From contig JAYWIR010000032.1 of the NCBI GenBank assembly GCA_036172245.1, forward strand, positions 124,001 through 188,000: a stretch of DNA of 64,000 bases, written 5' to 3'. Shown one piece after another: positions 52,969-61,370 of this stretch. This DNA is from Raillietiella orientalis. Taxonomy: Eukaryota. Below the pieces are notes generated by a model, which was not told where the DNA came from, did no database searches, and worked only from the letters and a program-made list of their open reading frames with translations. The translations under genes were made by a program, and so were the position numbers. Each line of letters opens with the position of its first letter. Position 1 is the first letter of the stretch.

Positions 52969-55951
52969 TGCGGCCTGATCGACCTCCACCACACACGAAG
53001 CCTACACCTAGGGACGGTTTCCGGCACGAGGAGCACCGAGGAAACACGTCCGCTCTAGCCGACGTAAAGCTTTCGACTGCGTAAACCAGAAACTGCTTTT
53101 GGAGCTTATGTAACGCCTTGGGTTCCCGGCTCAACTCCTGCTGTATTTGCGCGCGTGCTGGCGCCACGCGCTAATTCGCATCACTTTTAGCGGCTGCCGC
53201 GTGTATGGTATTCTTGTTCGTAGGGGCATCCGACATTGCGACAGCTTAAGCCCGTTGCTCTTCAGATTCTTCTTTGAGTTCGTGCTAAGAGCATACACGC
53301 TGACGCTGTCTCACTTGCCAAGCTCCTGACCGGGAACGCCTGCCGTGGCCGCCTACGCTTATAACCTGCTTCTTCTGCTCCCCATGTTCACCCCGGCGTC
53401 CAGTGTCGAGGATTTCTTCGACCTGATTCTTCGAAGAGCGGGCGTGAGCGTGAACAGAGAGAAGAGCGTGGTCGTTCCTGTGGGTACGTCGTGGGAGGGG
53501 CAGTCCGACTGGATCCGCCTGGGGATCCCCACGGGCGGGTACTTTAAGTACCTTGGCGTTTTGTTGGGCGCTTTCGACGCAGCCGAAGCGTGGGCGGACT
53601 GTCTTCAGAATGCAGAGTTGGCCATCAGCCCGTTCTTTAACGGTAAGTTTACCTTCCATGAAACACCATTGTGGAAGCCATTGAAGCGACCATTTGAAAC
53701 ACCTTTGTGGCCCCCCTCCTCCGTCCCCTGTTTTTTGTTTTGGACCCTTCCTATGCGGCGAAACAGCGGGCTAAACGCCTGCTCAGGCACGCTCTTTGAG
53801 GTCCGGCGAGATCCAGGATCCGCCTTAAAGATTTGTTAGCTTCACTTCGGGATGCTGGTTTGGGTATCCTGACGATGGAGCGAATCGGACTGCAGGTGCA
53901 GTTCCGACTGCTGGCACTGTGTGCCCAGCTATGGACATCTCCCCTGTGTGTGTCAGCCCGCATTCTCCTGCGGAGATGCGCCGGCAGCGGAGAATTTCTC
54001 TCGCTTTTAACGGGCACTCAATACAGGAAGTGGGGTTTCGGGTTTTCATTGCGGCAGTGGACCGCACTTCTGGAAGCTCAATCATGGATCTCCTGCCGCC
54101 AAATGAACTTTGAAGCTTGGCGGCAGGAGTCCGTTGAATCCTAAGCGGCGTTCCAAGGAATACGCCCTGAAGATCTTCGCCCCCTTCGCCAATTTTTTCC
54201 ACGATCCTTGGAAGAAGTACTGCAGGACAAGGTGAAGTTTTCTACCCTGGCTGCCACGCCTCTTGCCGCAGCGCTGTCTGCCCTCAGGGCAAGAAACGAC
54301 AGTTACCAACAGGCAAGGTGGGAGGATTCCTCCACGATAGCGGGAAAAACAAAACCACTTGGCGCCTGGAAGACGAATGAGTTGGCAGACGCCGCCACTC
54401 CTCGTGTTACTGCAAAGGGACTCCTCCGGTAAGCAGAAGAACTTGCTGTCACCGCCGAAGAACTTGTAGTCCCTCCACAGTGTATTGACAGTTCGCTGCT
54501 CCCTCTTGCTTAGAAACAAGCCGTGCTGGTTTTCGTTCACTGGGGTTTTCAGTGCAACGAGCGTTGGCATCGTGACTCCGGGGGACTTGCGTCTGCAAAC
54601 TGCGTTCGGTGCGGATCGATGGAATTGATTCCGCACCTACTTCTAGACTGCGGTCTCCTACAAGGACTGTGGCGTAGGCTGGCAACAGCACTAATGCATC
54701 CCGTGGACACCGCAAGAGACTTGCTCCGACGATTCTTCACGCCGTGCGGGCTGTCACTAAGCGCAAGAATTGCAACCGTCGGTTGCATACGCGTGATAGT
54801 TTCCGTCCACCAGGCGTTGGTAATCAACGGAGAGCACCAAGAGGTAATCAGCAAAGCATCCTTCTACATTAGAGCATCCGCTAGATGGCCTCATTTGACA
54901 GAAGAGACAAAGAGGAATCTCGCCGCAATGCACCGCCGGTTTACACACGCTCAGCAGCGGCCAACCCGGTGATCATTGCAATACCCTCCATAAACTAATT
55001 TTTTATTTTCTTTTCACACCCGCGTCCCCATAGGCTCCGGAACATTTTAGGTGCCCATCGTATAAATCCCCTTGAGTACGGAGCCTATCCAAAAACCCGT
55101 TACCCCTCCCTCCAGTTTTTGATTTTTGTTTGTTTCCCTTCATTCCTTCCACGCTTCGAGCGGTTTGTTTACCAGGCCTGCGTGCCGGTAATTTTTCCAT
55201 GTTCTCTGTCGTTTTGTTGGTTGAAAACATTCTCCCTAACCAGTTTATAATTATTAATAAACGCCCCGGCGTAACCGATTGATAAATTTCAATCTCCGCC
55301 TGCTAACAGGTGAGCCCGAAACACAAGAGTACGCGATGATCGAGTTGTTCGCCGCCATGAGTGCGCGCAACTTGTTCGCGGGTGACAGGGTAATGGTCCG
55401 CAGCATCGACCACGTCTTCCTCGACGCTGACCTGTGTTCACGGGTCCGCAAACGGGAGAAGATTGCCTCCACGCAGTCGGACCATTCCCGGCTAATTTTC
55501 GAGAAGCGGTCTCGCGACAATGGACCGCTATCCAGGGACTGGCGTCTCCCCGAGGTCTGGAAGCGCCTCTCAGGTGCAAAGGTACACCTTCGCGAATACC
55601 TGAGAAGCGTCACGCTCCGGAATCCCCAGGACTGGGACCTTTTTAAGGAATCGGTCCGCAAGTTCTACGAGCTGTTCCCCCTGGATCGCCTGCCCTCCCG
55701 GATTTGGCGAGGGTGCTCGCAGCCATCGAGCCTATTTAAAGGTTCGTCGTTACGAGAGAACCTTTAATGTCCGTCGCTTGGCCGAGTACCGCGCTGGGGC
55801 CGAACGCCAAGCCTGGCAAGCCGGGTCGGCCAGCCTGCTAAGCGATCAGGGTCGGGAATGTTCGTCCCCGGCGTAGGTACGGCATCTCGTGCGAAGTTTT
55901 TATTCATGCCTCTACGCAAGGACGCCTCCGTAACAAGATGCCTTTCGGCGG

Positions 55952-56932
55952 TTGCTCCAGGATGGTGCCCCTGCAATAGGGGAAGAGGAGTCGGTAAGCC
56001 TCGACGAGCCTTTCACTACCGGCGAAATTCTCGCCGGTATCAAAAGGCTCAAGAGGCGTAAGGCGTCAGGGGAGGACGGCTTGCCCTCGGAGTTCTTTCA
56101 GCGCTTCGCGGAAGAGCTTGCCCCCTTGCTGCTCGTGTTGACAAGGCTGATCCGAGACGAAGGCGATGTTCCCGCCTCGTTTCGATCAGCCAGAGTGAGG
56201 CTCCTTCCGAAAGGGGGGGACCTCAGGAAATTGCACAACTGGCGTCCGATCACCATCGTGAACACGGACGCCAAGTTGCTAGCAGGGCTATATGCTTCGC
56301 GTTTGGGGCAGGTGGCAGAGTCCATAATTAGCCCGGAGCAGACCTATCCTGTTCCCGGGCGAAGTATGGACGCCAACCTCTTCTTCGCAAGAACGTGGAT
56401 GCACCTGCAAAGGAGAGAAAAGAAAGGGAAAGGGAAAATCGGCAACTCCACATTGAGTCCGCCAGCGGGGCTGAGAAGGGACCCCGGGGCGGGGAAGGGG
56501 GCCCTAGCGATCGCAGTCGATCTCCATAAGGCGTTCGACTGTGTAGACCAGGAGCTCCTCTTAGAGCTCCTGGGTCGTATGGGCTTCCCACTCTCCTTGA
56601 TATGCTACCTGCAACCTTGCTGGCTGAATGCGATGATTACCGTCTCTTTCAGCGGGCACAAGGTGTCTGGCGTGCCAATGCGGCTGGGTATCAGGCAGGG
56701 CGATAGCTTGAGTCCCCTGCTCATCAGCACCTACTTTGAGTTGATGCTGAGAGCCCACATGGTGACTTTGGCCCCCTTGCCGAGCTCGTGCCCCGGCACG
56801 CCCGCCGTAAGTGTTTATGCCGAAGATCTTCTGCTCCTGTTACCTATGTCCATCCCGGCGAAGGCGGTCGGAGATTTCTTCGACCTGCTCAACCGCGGGA
56901 CCGGACTGCAGGTGAACAGCGCGAAGTCGTAA
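55952..56932 (+). pseudogene. ORF2 RT domain of Y
   Basis: KASGEDG, NWRPITIVNTDAK, DLHKAFDCV, GIRQGDSLSP and YAED (mutated YADD). Confidence 0.92.
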
Positions 56933-57569
56933 GTGGTGCCAGTTGGTGCGGCGTGAGCAGGGCAGCAGGACTGGGTCCGTTTGGGGATTCCCACGGGGAG
57001 GTACATCAAGTACCTTGGTGTGCCGTTGTGGGACTTCTCCCCTGCGGAAGCGTGGTCCAGCTGCCACCAAATAGTCGAGACGGCGATCGGCCCGTTCCTG
57101 GAAGGCAAGTTTCACTTGCCGGAACGGGCCGCGGTTTGGAACGCCTTTGCGGCCCCCATCCTCCGCCCCTTGCTTTTTGTTTGCCCTGCCCCAGGAGTTG
57201 TTAAAATAGGACGTAAGACCTCCTCCGCATCGTCCTTTGGGGCAAGGGGAGGCCCCGATTCCCTTTGAAGGACCTTTGCGCTTCCCGACTTAATGGCGGA
57301 CTTAACCTCCTGACGCTGGAGCGCCTGGAGAAACAGCTGCGATATAATACCCTCGCCATCGCAGTGAAGATGTGGAGCATCCCGTGGTGCATTCCGGCTC
57401 GCCTCTTCGCCAGTCGTGTGTCCCGGTGCGAGGGACTCGCGTCTTTTCTTCTGTGCCCCGGCCGGAAGATCAGAAGATGGCATGGGCGCATGGCATTGTT
57501 GGTCATAAAGAACAGGTTTGCTGCCCCGCCAACTCCTCCGCCTGGCTGGAGGAGAACATCGGAACGTGG

Positions 57570-58406
57570 GCAGTGGTGAATCAGAAAATCCACATAACGT
57601 GGAATCGTCTCCGATGCAGCCATTACGCCCGCTGCATTCTGAGGAATCTCCTGGAGAATCCAGCTAGGAGCACGTGGGCAGAGACAACTTGCCTGGATAC
57701 GGCACTGCTTTTCCTGAGAAGGGTGCTTCACAGCAGTCGGACGTCAAGGTGGCAAGCCTCCTTCTTCATCGAGGGACATGAGAAGAGAATGAGCGGCTGG
57801 AACATGGGTCAAGTGGCGGACGCCACGACCCCGAGCGCCCAGCTGCGAGGACTAAGAAGATGGGGAGAGCTGCTGGCCATCCCTATGGATGTGCTGAAGT
57901 GGCCTCCGCTTCTTCAGGAATCCAGGATCCTGCCCCTTAAGTGGAAAGAGTCGGCGTTGCTGTTGTTGCATTCGGGTTTACCCTGCAACGCACGCCGCTC
58001 CCACTGGACAAGAGGAGTTGTGGATCCTGCGTGTGTCAGGTGCGGAGAGCGGGAATCGCTCTCCCACCTTATTGTGGACTATGCTGCCCTTCGTCCCCTT
58101 TGGGAACGGTTTAAGACGATCCTCGGTCTCCCAACGGGCAGTTCCCCTAGAGACGTTCTTCGGCCCCTCTTCGTGAAGGACGCCCTGCAGCCAGCCGCAG
58201 CCCTTGCAGCCTTGTGCTGCGTCCGAGGCATCGTGGCGGAATGCAGCGACACCAACAAGGAAGGAGTGGGTCAACACGCGAGTGATGTCATCCCATATGC
58301 CCAACGCTTTTTGCGGAGAGCTGCTGGATGGCCCAAACTGGGGAATATACGGATGGACCTCGAGGGCTTCCTTCAACGGATGGGCCCTCCTCTCAGCGAA
58401 CAGTGA
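57570..58406 (+). pseudogene. ORF2 C-terminal region with a zf-RVT-like Cys/His motif
   Basis: LLHSGLPCNARR...CVRCGERESLSHLIVDY. Start is approximate. Confidence 0.8.
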
Positions 58407-58618
58407 TCCCTTCCCTGCCCTCCAACCTATTTGGTTCGTTTCCGTTTTTGTTTTTATTTTTGTTTTTCCCCATCCCCTTTCGCTGCCGGGGAGTGCCACG
58501 CCGGGCTGCGTCCCAGCGTCCCGGTAGGTCCCGTGTATAAGGCCATGAGCGGGCCTGGTACCGCGATTGTAGAGTTTGTTATGATTAATAAACGCCTCGG
58601 GCGTATCCGGGTGGCAAC

Positions 58619-58715
58619 TTTAAATCCCCGGGACAGGCGGTGCAAAGGGAAATCCTCGCAGAACTCGCGGACCGAGACCTTCATGAGGACCCAATCATCG
58701 AGATTGCGGAGCGTC
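58619..58715 (-). mobile_element. 97-bp sliver of host element X trapped between two insertions
   Basis: Translates as TLRNLDDWVLMKVSVREFCEDFPLHRLSRGF, the sequence expected immediately upstream of RGFGEEARNERAY at 42877. Confidence 0.88.
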
Positions 58716-58735
58716 GAGCGGACGTGTCTTTTCGT
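58716..58735 (+). promoter_or_regulatory. Conserved LINE 5'-terminal motif GAGCGGACGTG plus pyrimidine tract, a putative internal promoter element (also at 10826, 20875, 31419, 42886, 45249 and 53055 on -)
   Basis: The same motif sits at the 5' junction of seven otherwise divergent elements. Promoter function is inferred. Confidence 0.6.
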
Positions 58736-61338
58736 TGCTCCTGAGTTTCATTTCCGTTGGTGCTTGTGCGTGGTGTGGGTGGAGGATTAGGCAGCAATGC
58801 CTGATACCACCACCGATGAGCGGGGGCGATGACCTCATTGCCCCCGGAGGAGATTTAGGTGGAGGCTCCCGCATCAGTGGAGGCTCCCGCCAGCACTGAT
58901 GCGCCCCCGGCCCTACCCAGGACTTGGAACGCCGTGGCTGCAGCACCTACGCCAGCGGCTATGGCGGAAATGCGCGCTTACCTGGAGGAGGGGTATAACC
59001 CACCCCTTCTATATAAGGTAGGAAGTTTATATTCTCCCGAGAACGCGCGCGCCTTTTCGCAGGCGATGCGCGTACTCGGTGTACAAAAACAGGAGCTTCT
59101 GGCTATGTCCTTCAGAAGCGGGGTTCAATTTGTGGAAGTTATCTGCAAGGAGGCAACTCTTGCGCAGAGACTTCTGCGAACCCCCGTAATTATGGGCAGC
59201 CGGAGGCTTCTCCCAATTACTGAAGACCGGTCGGTGATCATTCACCTGGCCGGTATCACATTGCGGATGACGAAGGAGGCCGTCCGGAACGAATTAGAAA
59301 AATTTGCAACTGTCCACGCGCTGTGGGGAAAGCCTACTCTTTTTGTCCATTACGACGGGGTGCTTGGCGGCCTGGGTTCAGCGCGAGTGACGGTTCGCTA
59401 GGGATGTGAGTTTCCCCACAAACTCAACGTCAACGGTGAATCCGTTGACGTGTGGTACGTGGGGAAACCCAAGTTTTGCGGCTGCTTCAGCAGCTTTGCT
59501 CACCTTAAAATGAGGTGTCCTAGCGTGCAGTACCAGCAATGCAAACAAGCGGGGCACACCCGTCTGGTGTGCTCCCAAAACACAGTCCGCGTCGTGTCCG
59601 CGAAAAACGCGAGAAAGCGCGCGGCAAAAAAGAGAAAGAAGCTGTCAGCTCGTACTGCTGCTAAGGAGGTCACATCCTCCACCAAGGCGAAGGCCAGCCC
59701 CGAGACCCCACCGAAAAACGCCGAGAAGGTCGAGGGCGAGGGTCAAGAGCCAGGGTGGCAGAAGATCGATCCCAAGAACAACTCCCATAAGAAGGGAAAG
59801 AACGTGGCGAAACGGAGCGAAACCGCTCTGCGCCGCGAAAAAATTAAAAGCTGCTGTGTCGTTGTAGAGCGGATTCCCGCCATCGACGAATGCGGCGCTA
59901 AAGAACTCGCTGCTGCCCCTGCTCAACCCTCCGTTGACAAAGTCAACAAGCAGGGGAGCGAGGCGGCGGCGTCCGTCATCGAGCCCACGCTCGATGACGT
60001 CGCCTTCGAGTGCGCCGCGTAGGAGCTGGCTGCCTCGTTGCAGCCGGTTGCCCCCAAGGCTGGCAAGAAGGCCGTCAGGCGTCCGGCTTCCCCTCAGGAG
60101 TCGGCCACTTCCGACCCCGAGGTGAAGGCCGGAAACACAGCATCCATCTCCGCGGCACCCCGCAAAAAGGAAGGACGAAAGTCCACAATGCACCGGAAGA
60201 TCATCTCTCTCGACGAAGGGGAAGAGATGGCTTCCGGTAGCGAGGGTGCCATGAGCGTGGGAAACTCCCGGGACCCGTCGCCCGAGAGAATTACACTCTC
60301 GGACACGGAGGGTATGGTGAGGATGGAGGCTGAACAGGTACCCCATGCGCCTGAAGAGGCCTCCGTCCTCGTTCCGATGGTCCTCGTACCGATGGACCTT
60401 TCCTACACCTGCCCCGCGGCAGGTGCCGCGACGCCACTTTCCCAGCCATAATGCCGGGAATCGCCTCTCGCCGTCGCCTTCTGATCGCCTGTTGGAACGT
60501 GAACGGGCTAAGCGACGACGGCAAGAGGCGTGACGTGGCCGCCACCCTGGCATCCTTTTACCTGGTGCTGCTGCAGGAGATCCACGTGATCTCCGCAGAT
60601 CAAGCCCGGGAGATCGAACGGATCTCGGGTGGGCGGCTGTTGTGGCGTTGCGGCACCGCGAAATCAAGCGGTGTCGCCTTCCTGCTCCGACCAGCCATCG
60701 AGGCCGCAATAAAGGACGTTCGGTCTGATGACGCCGGTCGCGTCGGTCAGGTGACTCTCAGCTGGTCCGACTCAATCGACCTGGTCGTCACCAAGCTGTA
60801 CGCTCCTAGCGGTAAGGATGCGTTGAGGGCGAAGGCAAGAAGAGAATTCTACCTTTCCCGCGGACGCGATTGGCTTATCGAAGCAGGTGTTCGCAAAGCG
60901 CACCTGATCGCGGGTGATTTCAATCTGCGCCTGCTTTCAGATGAGCCGGATACACTGAACGACCGCGTCAACGAGTTGTGCGCAGAAATGAACACGCGCA
61001 ACTTGTTGGCCGGGGACACGGCCATGAAAAGCAGCATCGATCACGAGTACCTTAATCAGCACCTATGCTCTCGGGTGGGCAGGCGCGGCAAGGTACCATC
61101 CGAGTTGTCGGACCATGGTCGGATGATGTTCGAAGTGCGTCCGCGCGACAAGGGCCCCCCCTCGTCAGCGTGGCGTCTGTCAGAGGACTGGCTGAAGTTT
61201 CCCGACGCGGCGGAGCACCTCCGCGCGTTTATTCGGAGCTTCAGGATGCAGACACTTCAGAACTGGGACCGCCTCAAGCGGTCGGTCGAAGAGTTCTGCG
61301 ACCAGTTCCCCCTGCATCGCCTACCTGAGGGATTTGGG
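58716..61338 (+). mobile_element. LINE 'V' 5' half (5'UTR, ORF1 58797-60451, EN 60451-61338), interrupted at EGF^G
   Basis: 5' gagcggacgtgtcttttc; knuckles; TAATG at 60449; WNVNG, QEIH, LYAP, AGDFN, IDH and SDH. Confidence 0.93.
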
Positions 61339-61370
61339 GTTTCCACCCGGGTACGCCCGGGGCGTTTATT
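61339..61370 (-). other. Conserved LINE 3'-terminal module AATAAACG plus stem-loop (also at 58587, 55256 and 30265 on +; 48965, 39953, 34508, 22868, 17928 and 11936 on -)
   Basis: AATAAACGC-CCCGGG-CGTA-CCCGGG-TGGAAAC, with variants at every 3' junction. Confidence 0.8.

Larger units (their letters stand above)
48965..53055 (-). mobile_element. LINE 'W' with both termini and an internal deletion of EN and early RT (~51238), inserted antisense at DLHKAF^D
   Basis: 5' rc GAGCGGACGTGTTTCC and 3' rc AATAAACGACTCGGAGAAATCCGGGTGAAAA. TAATGCCGGGAAT is joined to CCTGGGCGAAGCATGGAGGCGAAC. Confidence 0.92.
45249..55285 (+). mobile_element. Full-length LINE 'Z' (own sequence 45249-48964 plus ~53063-55285) inserted sense at the host GD^FN motif
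   Basis: 5' gagtgcggacgtg and 3' aataaacgccccggcgtaaccgattgataa. TSD attccaatc (45240-45248) / atttcaatc (55286-55294). RT reads DLHKAFD on the left and KAFDCVNQKLL on the right of its own insert. Confidence 0.9.
42886..58618 (+). mobile_element. Full-length LINE 'Y' (own sequence 42886-45248 plus 55286-58618) flanked by an 11-bp TSD and carrying a nested insertion
   Basis: 5' gagaggacgtg and 3' aataaacgcctcgggcgtatccgggtggcaac. TSD tccaaatcccc (42867-42877) / tttaaatcccc (58619-58629). EN reads AHLIAKDSN on the left and resumes FNLRLL on the right of the insert. Confidence 0.92.

Noticed and set aside
58619..58715. Inverted internal segment as part of the element's own 3' end (terminal inverted repeat or twin priming)
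   Set aside because: The sliver continues host X across an 11-bp TSD and differs from Y's own linker at 55610-55710, so it is target DNA.
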